NCBI GenBank assembly: GCA_041617795.1
Contig: JBFJOD010000002.1
Coordinates: 1,189-65,188 of the forward strand
DNA length: 64,000 nucleotides
Origin: Gemmatimonadota bacterium
Lineage (GTDB): Bacteria; Gemmatimonadota; Gemmatimonadetes; Palauibacterales; KS3-K002
Reading direction: 5' to 3'
The notes under the pieces were generated by a model that saw nothing but the letters and a program-made list of their open reading frames with translations, did not search any database and was not told the DNA's origin. Position numbers and translations under genes: made by a program. Below are positions 7,967 to 16,604 of the stretch, one piece after another (position 1 is the first letter of the stretch; every line of letters starts with the position of its first letter).

Positions 7967-10720
7967 ATGAGACGCTACCTGCTGATTCTCATGGCCGGCT
8001 CCATGTTGGCTGTGATTGGCCGTGCCGATGCCCAGGAGCGGCGTAATAGGGAGTACCTGAGCAAACTTCCCCCGCTGATCGATCGTGAGCTTTTCTTCGG
8101 CGACCCGGAGATCGATGGTGCCCAGGTTTCGCCGGACGGGCGGTTCATCTCCTTCCGTAAGCCCTATCAGGGCATCATGAACCTGTGGGTCAAAGGAGTG
8201 GACCAGCCATTTGACGCTGCGCAGCCGATAACCGCGGACAAACAGCGTCCGGTACGCGGCTATTTCTGGAGTCAGGACAGCCGGTTTGTGCTATACGTTC
8301 AAGACAAAGCCGGCGACGAGAACTGGCATGTCCACGCGGTAGAGCCCGAGGGAGCGTCGCAAGGTGCTTTACCCAGGGCGCGTGATCTGACCCCCTACAA
8401 GAACGTGCAAGCGCGCATCTACGCCGTGCCCGAGGCGACCCCGGACAAGATCATCGTCGGGCTGAACGATCGTGATCCTCAGGTCCACGATGTATATCGC
8501 GTCGATCTTCGCAGCGGCCGGCGCGAGTTGCTGCTGCGAAACGAGCAGAACGTGGCGGGCTGGCTGATGGATCTGCAAGGCAACGTTAGGTTGGGTGCGC
8601 GAGTAGGGCCGGATGGCAGCACGCACATCTTAAGGGTCGATGCGGACTCGCTAGCGGAGATTTATTCGTGCAGTAATGAGGAGACGTGCGGACCCATTCG
8701 GTTCCACAAAGACGGCCGGCGCATCTACTTGACGACAAACAAGGGGGAAGATGTCGACCTGATGCGACTCGTGCTATTCGATGTCGCTACGGGCGCCGAG
8801 GAGTTTGTTGAATCCGATCCAGAAGGCGAAGTCGACTTCGGCGGCGCGGAATTCTCCGATGTCACCGACGAACTGGTGGCGACTTACTACGTAGGTGATC
8901 GCCTGAGGATCTACCCCAAGACCGAGCAAGCCGCGGCCGACCTCGAGCTGCTGAAGAAGAAGCTGCCTGAGGGTGAACTGTCGATCGGCGCATCAACCGA
9001 AGACGAGACGCTGTTCATCGTGAGCGTTACCAGCGACGTCGATCCCGGTTCGACGTACCTCTACAACCGCACCAGCGGCGATGTGGAGCTGCTTTATCGT
9101 TCGCGGCCCGGACTGCCTGGCGAGCATCTGGCGAATGTAAAACCGATTCGTTATGAGGCACGCGACGGTCTGGAGATACCTGCCTACCTGACCGTTCCGC
9201 GCGGAGCCAGGGCCAGGAGACTACCGGTTGTGATCTTGCCGCATGGTGGCCCGTGGTCGCGCGACACTTGGGGTTACGACCCTTACGCGCAATTCCTCGC
9301 GAATCGCGGCTATGCGGTCCTGCAGCCGAATTTTCGTGGTTCGACCGGCTTCGGCAAAGTCTTCCTCAACGCGGGCAATAGAGAATGGGGTACTGGGGCG
9401 ATGCAGCATGACATCACGGATGGGGTCCGTTATCTGATCGATGAGGGGATTGCCGATCCTACCCGTGTGGCGATTTTTGGAGGATCCTACGGCGGCTACG
9501 CGACGCTGGCGGGTCTCACGTTCACACCGGACCTGTACGCTGCAGGCGTTTCCTACGTTGGACCGTCCAACCTGATCACGTTGCTCGAGTCAATCCCGCC
9601 TTACTGGGCGCCTATCAAGAAGATCTTCGATGTGCGGGTCGGAGATCCGAATGACCCGGCCGATCGCGAGCGCTTGATGGCACAGTCTCCATTGTTCTTT
9701 GCCGACAAGATCAAGGCGCCGCTGCTGGTCGTCCAGGGAGCGAACGATCCGCGTGTGAAGAAAGCGGAATCCGAGCAGATCGTGGTGGCCCTGCGCGAAT
9801 TGGGGAGGGAAGTGGAGTATATGTTGGCGAGCGATGAGGGCCACGGGTTTGCGGGCCGCGAAAACCGACTTGCGGTTGCGACCGCGATGGAACAGTTCTT
9901 CGCGCTTTACCTTTCAGGCCGCCGTCAGGACGACATCCCAAGTGACATCGCCGCACGATTGGCTGCGCTGACGGTTGATGTGAACGCGGTTAAGTTGCCG
10001 ACGAATAGTGTGGCGGCGATTGTGGCGGAAACCGCACCGTTACCCGCGGCGAGCGGTTCCGTGATCACGGCAGGCACATCGCGTTATAACACGAAGCTCG
10101 AAGTGCAGGGGCAACAACTATCGATAGAGACGGTTCGCACGATCGAGGCAAGTTCAGCAAACGGCCGCAGGGTTTGGCGCGTGATCGAGCATTCGACCCT
10201 GCCGATGGGCACCGTTGCTGACACACTGGAGCTTGATAAGCGGTCGCTCATACCGCTGAGTCGGCGAATGGGTGGCATGGGCTTGTTGAGGCTCAGCTAC
10301 TCGAGCACGGCGGTCACTGGCGACATCGGCATGCCCGGCCAGACTACAGCGATCGACGTCAAGCTCAAAGCTCCCGTCTTCGCGGACGGATCGGGCCTCG
10401 AGATCTCGCTGGCTGGATTGCCGCTTCTGCTGGGTTATGAGACGACACTGCGAACCTTCGATCCGGAAATGCAGCGAGTCAGGAAGTTCAAGCTGACGGT
10501 CAGTGGGCGCGAGAAAGTGAAGTGCGCGGCGGGCACATTCGACAGCTTCGTCGTTCAGCTGTTACCGCTCGACGATGAGGAGAGCGGCACCTCGACGTTG
10601 CACGTAATGCAGGACGCGCCACATCATGTGGTGCGCCGCGAGTTCCGCTTACCCGCGAGTATGGGTGGGGGAACTGGTCTGAAAGAGCTTGCTGCTTTGG
10701 GAGCCGATGCCACGGGTTGA
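7967..10720 (+). CDS. S9 family serine peptidase (prolyl oligopeptidase/dipeptidyl aminopeptidase type) with a C-terminal extension
   Basis: 917 aa with signal peptide MRRYLLILMAGSMLAVIGRADA. A beta-propeller-like N-terminal half is followed by an alpha/beta-hydrolase domain with nucleophile motif GGSYGGY, a later QGANDPRV and a catalytic His region DEGHGF. About 250 extra residues follow the catalytic domain. Confidence 0.9.
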   Translation: MRRYLLILMAGSMLAVIGRADAQERRNREYLSKLPPLIDRELFFGDPEIDGAQVSPDGRFISFRKPYQGIMNLWVKGVDQPFDAAQPITADKQRPVRGYFWSQDSRFVLYVQDKAGDENWHVHAVEPEGASQGALPRARDLTPYKNVQARIYAVPEATPDKIIVGLNDRDPQVHDVYRVDLRSGRRELLLRNEQNVAGWLMDLQGNVRLGARVGPDGSTHILRVDADSLAEIYSCSNEETCGPIRFHKDGRRIYLTTNKGEDVDLMRLVLFDVATGAEEFVESDPEGEVDFGGAEFSDVTDELVATYYVGDRLRIYPKTEQAAADLELLKKKLPEGELSIGASTEDETLFIVSVTSDVDPGSTYLYNRTSGDVELLYRSRPGLPGEHLANVKPIRYEARDGLEIPAYLTVPRGARARRLPVVILPHGGPWSRDTWGYDPYAQFLANRGYAVLQPNFRGSTGFGKVFLNAGNREWGTGAMQHDITDGVRYLIDEGIADPTRVAIFGGSYGGYATLAGLTFTPDLYAAGVSYVGPSNLITLLESIPPYWAPIKKIFDVRVGDPNDPADRERLMAQSPLFFADKIKAPLLVVQGANDPRVKKAESEQIVVALRELGREVEYMLASDEGHGFAGRENRLAVATAMEQFFALYLSGRRQDDIPSDIAARLAALTVDVNAVKLPTNSVAAIVAETAPLPAASGSVITAGTSRYNTKLEVQGQQLSIETVRTIEASSANGRRVWRVIEHSTLPMGTVADTLELDKRSLIPLSRRMGGMGLLRLSYSSTAVTGDIGMPGQTTAIDVKLKAPVFADGSGLEISLAGLPLLLGYETTLRTFDPEMQRVRKFKLTVSGREKVKCAAGTFDSFVVQLLPLDDEESGTSTLHVMQDAPHHVVRREFRLPASMGGGTGLKELAALGADATG

Positions 10721-10886
10721 GGTGATCGCACTCCCTGCTTTCTGCGGCGGCGCCCGCGCCAGCGGCGGGCGCCGCTCGCTTCGGAGAGCCGTAGCTGGAA
10801 GGACCGTGTCGCAGCTGCGAGCTGCGGCGCTAAGTTGGACTTCAGTGCGCTATGGCTCCCAGCCGGCCCTGTGACTCGGGGGGATC

Positions 10887-11354
10887 ATGCCTGTTCGACT
10901 GACGAGCCCTGCGTTCAATGACGGCGAGTCCATCCCGGCCCGCTTCACCTGTGATGCCGAGAACGCCTCTCCGCCTCTCAAGTGGATGGGTGTTCCGACA
11001 GCTGCGAAGAGCCTCGCCTTGATCTGCGACGATCCCGATGCTCCGGTGGGCACATGGGTACATTGGGTTCTCTACGATCTATCGCCCAAGTTTCTAGAAC
11101 TCCCCGAGGCCATTTCGCCGGGTGAAGTGACCCCGCAAGGCGCGAAACAGGGCATCAACGACTTTCGGCGCAGCGGTTACGGTGGTCCGTGCCCGCCGCC
11201 GGGAGCGCCGCACCGCTACTTCTTCACGCTGTATGCCCTCGATATCGAACCCGGCTTGCCGGCCGGGGCGACGAAAGCCGATTTGCTGCGCGCACTCGAA
11301 GGTCATGTGCTGGAGGAGGCAAAGCTCGTCGGCCTCTACCAGCGACGGCGCTAG
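10887..11354 (+). CDS. YbhB/YbcL family Raf kinase inhibitor-like (PEBP) protein
   Basis: 155 aa with CDDPDAP, WVHWVLYDL, GYGGPCPPPGAPHRYFFTLYALD, which are characteristic bacterial PEBP motifs. Confidence 0.9.
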   Translation: MPVRLTSPAFNDGESIPARFTCDAENASPPLKWMGVPTAAKSLALICDDPDAPVGTWVHWVLYDLSPKFLELPEAISPGEVTPQGAKQGINDFRRSGYGGPCPPPGAPHRYFFTLYALDIEPGLPAGATKADLLRALEGHVLEEAKLVGLYQRRR

Positions 11355-11887
11355 CTGCGGCGTGTTTCCCCGAGGACCGGGAGGTAAGCGCGCCAGGGGC
11401 CGACCTCTTCCGAGAGGCCTTTTGCGAGGACGCGGGCGGTTTGCGAGATATGTCCAAGGTCATGGACCGCCCAGGTTGCCAGCAGTTGCCTCACAGTGAC
11501 CGTGCCGAGTTCCGGATGCGTTCCCGCAAGCTCCAATTGCGCAGGCTGAAGGTCGAGTCGCAGAAGTTGCTCCAAGTTGCGGGTTCTTAATGACTCGAAG
11601 GTGTTGAGTAACTCCTCCAAAGACTTTCCGCGGTTCCGCTCAAGCTGAGCGAAGCGATCGAAGGGCGTGAAGGGCCGCGTCTCGCCGTGTTCGAGAATGA
11701 TCAGGAGTCGTGGTATCCAGTCTGTTTCATCACCGTGGATCAGGTGTCCAATGATGTCAAAAGGACTCCATGTGTCTGGACCTTCGTCAAGGGTCACCCA
11801 GGTTGCGGAAAGTCCGCTGAGCATAGCACGTAGAGCGGCGGGTGTCTGCTCGAGGATCTCGATGGTTCGGTCGAGACGGAATTCCAT
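11351..11887 (-). CDS. DinB family protein
   Basis: I trimmed the 252-aa ORF to the ATG at 11887 (MEFRLDRTIEILEQTP...). The helical-bundle pattern with conserved His residues (IIGHLIHGDE ... WAVHDLGHISQ) is typical of the DinB/YfiT-like family. Its stop overlaps the convergent PEBP stop. Confidence 0.8.
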   Translation of the reverse strand: MEFRLDRTIEILEQTPAALRAMLSGLSATWVTLDEGPDTWSPFDIIGHLIHGDETDWIPRLLIILEHGETRPFTPFDRFAQLERNRGKSLEELLNTFESLRTRNLEQLLRLDLQPAQLELAGTHPELGTVTVRQLLATWAVHDLGHISQTARVLAKGLSEEVGPWRAYLPVLGETRRS

Positions 11888-11898
11888 CTCTCTACCCT

Positions 11899-12465
11899 TT
11901 ACGTGTTCGGCCGATCGTGCCGGCGCGCGATTAGAATCAGGAGTGCGACCGCCAAGCTCGCCAAAACCAGAGTGAGCAGAGGCTGCTGGGCGTAGAGTCT
12001 TGCGATGCCCTCGCCCGTGTACACGAAGAGAATCGTCGCCGGCAGGATGCCGATCGCTGTGGTCCAGACGAAGGTCCGGCGCCGACAGCCCGTCAGCCCC
12101 AGACCCCAATTGAGGGCCGTGAAAGCGACAGCAGGAATCAGGCGGGCCATTAACAAGCCGGGCCAGCTTACCACTCGGACCATGGAATCGACCCGTGAAA
12201 TCGCCCGGCCCGGGACGAAGCGCCTGACCGCAGGGCGCCCGAATCGCCGAGAGATCTCGAAGCTCAGTTGTGCACCCACCATCGCACCGGTCCAGGTGAT
12301 GATCGTGCCGGGCAGGGGACCGAAGAGCATTCCATTCATCGCCGCGGGTATCTCAGCCGGAATAGGGAGCAAGGCGACGGCGGCCATCAAGAGCACGGCC
12401 AGCGGGTAGCCCCATACCCCGAGCTCACGCAGCCAGTATTCCACCGCCTGGGCGAAGTCGCCCAT
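11899..12465 (-). CDS. TVP38/TMEM64 (DedA-related, VTT domain) membrane protein
   Basis: 188 aa, multi-pass hydrophobic. LLPIPAEI...GTIITWTGAMVGAQLSFEISRRFGR matches the VTT-domain signature as I recall it. Confidence 0.75.
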   Translation of the reverse strand: MGDFAQAVEYWLRELGVWGYPLAVLLMAAVALLPIPAEIPAAMNGMLFGPLPGTIITWTGAMVGAQLSFEISRRFGRPAVRRFVPGRAISRVDSMVRVVSWPGLLMARLIPAVAFTALNWGLGLTGCRRRTFVWTTAIGILPATILFVYTGEGIARLYAQQPLLTLVLASLAVALLILIARRHDRPNT

Positions 12466-12771
12466 CAGCGATCTGCACGGAAGTTGACGGTCATAACTGC
12501 CCTACGCTCAGAGTCAGTAACTGGTGTCAAACAGCCAGCGCACGTGGCGACGCCGACGCAGCCGGCAACCCTGCGGCCTCTCAGTGCGTCTAATCCGGTG
12601 AGAGAGGGATGAAACCTGAACGGCTTGCTCCGCGTAGAGTGTGAAGAGGACTCTAATGCGACCGATCAGGCCGTCAGGCCGAAAGGTAAGAAAAGGAGTT
12701 CTCCCTCCTGCCCAGGTGGCACTGGGCAACATAATCCTCTGAAAGTCCTACCACCAAGCTCCGCAAGGAGT

Positions 12772-12809
12772 GGGGGCCGCTCGCTGGGTCGCGTCGGCCC
12801 CCTTCTTTT
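12772..12809 (+). terminator. intrinsic terminator-like hairpin with a U-tract on the + strand
   Basis: GGGGGCCG (12772-12779) pairs with CGGCCCCC (12795-12802), with an inner CGC/GCG pair. TTCTTTTA follows on the + strand and an A-rich tract precedes it. It lies 26 nt beyond the stop of the convergent S4-domain gene. Confidence 0.5.
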
Positions 12810-12827
12810 ATCGAGGCACTTGAGCCG

Positions 12828-13229
12828 TCAATCCGCGTCCCCACGCTTGAGACGCTCGAGTTGTCGGCGCTCCTTCTTGCTCGGTCGGCCCTTAGCTCGA
12901 AATTCGTAACTCGGTGCCGCCTTTCTTTGGCTAGCATGCAACCGGCGAGCCTCGATGCTCTCCGTCGTTTCCTCGAAGAGGTGGGCGGCTTCAGCGGCAG
13001 GTCCCCGGTGTTCCGATAACCCGCGCACGATCACGTGATACTCGACCTGGCCTTTGCGCAGACGAAGGCGATCACCAATATGGACGCCGGATGCGCGCTT
13101 GGCACGCCGGCCGTTGACCTGCACCTTTCCGCCGCTAATCGCTCGCCCCGCCAGTGAGCGCGTCTTGAAGAACCGGGCCGCCCATAGCCACTTGTCCAGG
13201 CGTACCGTTTCGGATCCCATTCTCGTCAT
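12828..13229 (-). CDS. hslR: RNA-binding S4 domain protein (heat shock protein 15 / HslR-like)
   Basis: 133 aa. VRLDKWLWAARFFKTRSLAGRAISGGKVQVNG is the classic Hsp15 S4-domain N-terminus, followed by a basic C-terminal tail. Confidence 0.85.
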   Translation of the reverse strand: MTRMGSETVRLDKWLWAARFFKTRSLAGRAISGGKVQVNGRRAKRASGVHIGDRLRLRKGQVEYHVIVRGLSEHRGPAAEAAHLFEETTESIEARRLHASQRKAAPSYEFRAKGRPSKKERRQLERLKRGDAD

Positions 13230-13532
13230 TCGATAGTATCAGGTCGCAGTACGAGGGCGACTATTACTAGCTTGCTGCCCTCACTCATCGTCGCATCCAC
13301 CGGGCGGACATGCAACGGGAAGCGTCTCCAGGGCTTCCCTTGAACCCACAAAGTGAGCATCTTTCGAGCCGTTTTGCCATCGACAGTATGATGTCCCGGA
13401 GCCGCAGGGCTTTGTGCGCGGGCCGTTTTCCAAGGTTCCGGGCTTCTCAGCTGTTCTGGGCCATGGCGCTCGGGCCGCGGGCGCTTGGCGATACTCCGCA
13501 ATTGCCGGAACTACTTAGCGTGGTGACGAAAA

Positions 13533-15023
13533 GTGAAGCTATCTGACACGGCAATCCGCCGGCCGGTGCTGGCTGCTATGATGAGCACGGCCCTCGTGCT
13601 GTTCGGAGCGATCGGTTACTTCCGGTTGCCGGTGCGTGAGTTTCCGGACGTCGATGCGCCGATCGTCTCTGTCACGACGGTGCTGCGCGGGGCAAATCCG
13701 CGCGTCATCGAGTCGACAGTGACGGATATTCTCGAAGAGGAACTCAGCACGATACCTGGCCTGCGGACGCTGACCAGTTCCAGCGCCGAGCAGGTCAGCA
13801 ACATCTCACTCGAGTTCACGCTCGATCGAGATGTCGAAGCCTCGGCGCAAGACGTGCGCGATAAGGTCTCGCGGGTCCGCGGGCTGCTTCCTCAAGAGAT
13901 CGAAGAGCCGGTCGTGACCAAGCAAGATGCGGATGCGCAGCCGTTCTTCTGGTTGTCGCTGTCCGGAGAGAACTACGATCTGCTACAGCTGTCGGACATT
14001 GCGGATCGAACCGTCAAATCGCGTCTGCAGACTTTGTCAGGCGTGGGCCGGGCCCAGGTCTTTGGCGAACGACGGTACTCGATGCGCGTCTGGCTTTCGC
14101 CGGCCGAATTGTCGGCACGTGGTCTAACGGTGCAAGACGTCGAAAACGCGATCCGCAGCCGCAACGTCGAGATTCCCGCGGGGAGGATCGAGTCGGAACG
14201 GCGTGAGTTCACGGTTCGTTCGCTTGGTGAGCTGAAGACACCTCAGGAATTCTCGAACCTGAACGTGAGTAGCGAGAACGGCCAGCTGATCAAGCTGCGC
14301 GACCTTTCCAGAGTTGAGCTGGGTCCGGAAGATGAACGGAGCACGCTGCGCTTCAAAGGCTCGTCCGCGGTCGCCATAGGAGTTATCAGGCAGTCGAAAG
14401 CGAATCTCATCGAGGTGTCAGACGCGATTCGCGGCGAACTGCCGGCAATCAATCAAGCGTTGCCGCCGGGCGTGCAACTCGACATCGCCTTCGACTCTTC
14501 GATCTTCGTTCGCCGCTCGATCCAGGAGGCACAGGAAACCCTACTGCTGGCAGCTGTGCTAGTCGTTCTAATTATCTTTGTTTCGCTGCGAAACATAAAA
14601 GCCACGATCATTCCGGCCCTGGCGATCCCAACCTCGATCGTGTCGGCGTTCGGGCTGATGTACTTCTTGGGGTTCACGATCAACAACCTGACGCTGCTCG
14701 CCTTGATCCTTTCCATCGGCATCGTCGTGGACGATGCGATCATCGTCATGGAGAACGCCTACCGTCATCAGGAAGAGCTGGGCGAAGATCCGGAGACGGC
14801 AGCGATCAAAGGGACGCGTGAGATCGCCTTCGCGGTGATAGCAACGACTGTTGCGCTCGTCGCCGTCTTTTCGCCACTCGCATTTCTCCAGGGCACGACC
14901 GGTCGGCTATTCAACGAATTCGGAATCGCGATGGCGGGCGCGGTTGCGATCTCGAGCTTCGTCGCGCTGACGTTGACCGCGATGACATCGGCGAAGATCC
15001 TCCGCGTGCCAAAGAGCCACTGA
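13533..15023 (+). CDS. efflux RND transporter permease, N-terminal half (ends at an in-frame TGA)
   Basis: GTG start. IRRPVLAAMMSTALVLFGAIGYFRLPVREFPDVDAPIVSV is the canonical AcrB-family N-terminus. It covers TM1, the first periplasmic loop and TM2-6, then stops in the linker between TM6 and TM7. Confidence 0.85.
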   Translation: MKLSDTAIRRPVLAAMMSTALVLFGAIGYFRLPVREFPDVDAPIVSVTTVLRGANPRVIESTVTDILEEELSTIPGLRTLTSSSAEQVSNISLEFTLDRDVEASAQDVRDKVSRVRGLLPQEIEEPVVTKQDADAQPFFWLSLSGENYDLLQLSDIADRTVKSRLQTLSGVGRAQVFGERRYSMRVWLSPAELSARGLTVQDVENAIRSRNVEIPAGRIESERREFTVRSLGELKTPQEFSNLNVSSENGQLIKLRDLSRVELGPEDERSTLRFKGSSAVAIGVIRQSKANLIEVSDAIRGELPAINQALPPGVQLDIAFDSSIFVRRSIQEAQETLLLAAVLVVLIIFVSLRNIKATIIPALAIPTSIVSAFGLMYFLGFTINNLTLLALILSIGIVVDDAIIVMENAYRHQEELGEDPETAAIKGTREIAFAVIATTVALVAVFSPLAFLQGTTGRLFNEFGIAMAGAVAISSFVALTLTAMTSAKILRVPKSH

Positions 15024-15032
15024 CGCGTTTTC

Positions 15033-16604
15033 ATGGCCTTCGAGAAGGGCTTTCTAGGCCTCTCGTCCGGTTACTCGCGCAGTCTGGTTTGGACGATGCG
15101 ACACCGTTGGTACGTCATCGCTGCAGCTCTGGCAGTGGTCTTGCTTGCCGTGGTCGTGTTCCGGGCACTGGATCGGGAGTTCGTGCCGCCGGAAGATCGC
15201 GGCTGGTTCGTCGTGATTACGGTGGCACCCGAGGGGGCTACCCTGGCTTACACGGACGGCTATCAGAAGCAGATCGAGGAAGTGCTGGGGCGGACGGAAG
15301 ACATCGAGGCGTACTTCAGCGTCGTCGGTTTTGGCGGACGCGTCAACAGCGGAATCATCTTCACCCGTCTTGTCGACTGGTCGGAGCGGGATCGGTCGGT
15401 TCAGGAAATACTGGGCGAGGTCCAGCCGCAGCTCTTCGGCATCCCTGGCGTTTTCGCGTTCGCCAATAACCCGCCGGCTTTCGGTTTTGGCAGTCCGGTG
15501 CAATTCGTCATCCGCCACCCAGACTTCGATTCGCTGGCTGTCGGGATGAATCGTCTGCTGGAACGTGCCCGCGCCGTCCAGGGCTTGATCAACGTCGATA
15601 CCGACTTGCGGGTCAACAAACCCGAGCTGACGGTGAGTTACGACCGTGACCGAGCCGAAGATCTCGGCGTGGAGATCCGCGATGTCTCGGCAACGCTGCA
15701 GACGCTTTTGGGCAGCCGATGCGTAAGCACGTTCACCCGCGCGAACAAGCTCTATGATGTCATCGTGCAGCTCGAGCCTGAGGCGCGATCGACACCCAGC
15801 GACATGGCTGGTCTGTATGTCCGCGGCCGTGACGGTGCGCTGGTCAAGCTAGATGCCGTGACACGTATCGACGAGGGTGTCGGACCGCGCCAGCTGAATC
15901 ACTTCAACCGAGTCCGGTCGGCGACATTGACAGGGAACCTGGCGCCGGGCTTCACACTCGGTGCGGCAATCGATTCGCTCAGCGCCGCCGCCAGCGAGGT
16001 TCTGCCTGGCGGCAGCAGCGTGGCCTTAGCCGGCGAATCGCGGGAACTCGAGGAGAGCGGTAGCGCATTGTACTTTGCCTTTATCCTCGCCCTGGTCGTC
16101 GTGTTCATGGTCCTGGCCGCACAGTTTGAATCGCTCGTCCACCCGTTCACCGTGCTTCTATCAGTGCCGTTGGCCGTGACGGGGGCGCTCGTGACACTCT
16201 ACCTCGCCGGTTCAACGCTCAATCTGTACAGCCAGATCGGGATGATCCTGCTGATCGGGCTGGTCAGCAAGAACTCGATTCTGTTGGTCGAGTACGCCAA
16301 TCAGCTCAAGGCGAAGGGGCTCGGGTCCATCGAGGCGATGCTCGAATCCGGCAGAATCCGCTTGCGCCCGATCTTGATGACCGCGGTGGCGACGATCATC
16401 GGGGCGACGCCGATCGCCTTCGGCCTCGGCGCGGGTTCGGCCAGCCGCCGGCCACTCGGCTATGCGATCGTGGGTGGCCTGTTGTTCTCGACCGTTCTGA
16501 CCTTGTACCTCGTGCCGGTCGTGTATGTCATGCTTGACGCTCTGCAGGCGCGTGCCAAAGGGCCAGCGACGGCGCTCGAACCTATGGAGGCGGAGGTACG
16601 ATGA
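15033..16604 (+). CDS. efflux RND transporter permease, C-terminal half (same frame as 13533..15023)
   Basis: ATG sits 9 nt after the TGA and in the same reading frame (15033-13533 = 1500). It continues the AcrB alignment (FEKGF...Y, TM7, second periplasmic loop, TM8-12, LLVEYAN motif). Confidence 0.85.
   Translation: MAFEKGFLGLSSGYSRSLVWTMRHRWYVIAAALAVVLLAVVVFRALDREFVPPEDRGWFVVITVAPEGATLAYTDGYQKQIEEVLGRTEDIEAYFSVVGFGGRVNSGIIFTRLVDWSERDRSVQEILGEVQPQLFGIPGVFAFANNPPAFGFGSPVQFVIRHPDFDSLAVGMNRLLERARAVQGLINVDTDLRVNKPELTVSYDRDRAEDLGVEIRDVSATLQTLLGSRCVSTFTRANKLYDVIVQLEPEARSTPSDMAGLYVRGRDGALVKLDAVTRIDEGVGPRQLNHFNRVRSATLTGNLAPGFTLGAAIDSLSAAASEVLPGGSSVALAGESRELEESGSALYFAFILALVVVFMVLAAQFESLVHPFTVLLSVPLAVTGALVTLYLAGSTLNLYSQIGMILLIGLVSKNSILLVEYANQLKAKGLGSIEAMLESGRIRLRPILMTAVATIIGATPIAFGLGAGSASRRPLGYAIVGGLLFSTVLTLYLVPVVYVMLDALQARAKGPATALEPMEAEVR

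Noticed and set aside
12466-12827. Identification of the intergenic structured region as RNase P RNA, SRP/4.5S RNA, tmRNA, 6S RNA or a cobalamin riboswitch.
   Set aside because: A GAAAGUCC-like string is present, but it is in the wrong position and context for RNase P P4. There is no GGAAGCAGCC SRP helix-8 core, no tmRNA 3' tRNA-like end and no B12 box. It is kept only as an unclassified sRNA candidate.
13226-13288. A 20-codon upstream ORF (MSEGSKLVIVALVLRPDTIE) overlapping the hslR start by ATGA, as a possible leader peptide.
   Set aside because: It has no recognisable RBS or regulatory logic and is short enough to arise by chance. hslR also has a second in-frame ATG, so the overlap may be coincidental.
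15021-15023. The TGA inside the RND pump as selenocysteine or a genome-wide stop-codon reassignment, considered because yqeC hints at selenium metabolism.
   Set aside because: Many clearly complete genes in the window end at TGA (for example mglA, rluD, divIVA and the first partial gene), so TGA is a normal stop here. YqeC relates to a selenium cofactor rather than Sec insertion. A cytoplasmic linker of an RND pump is not a plausible Sec site. I could not evaluate a SECIS element by eye.
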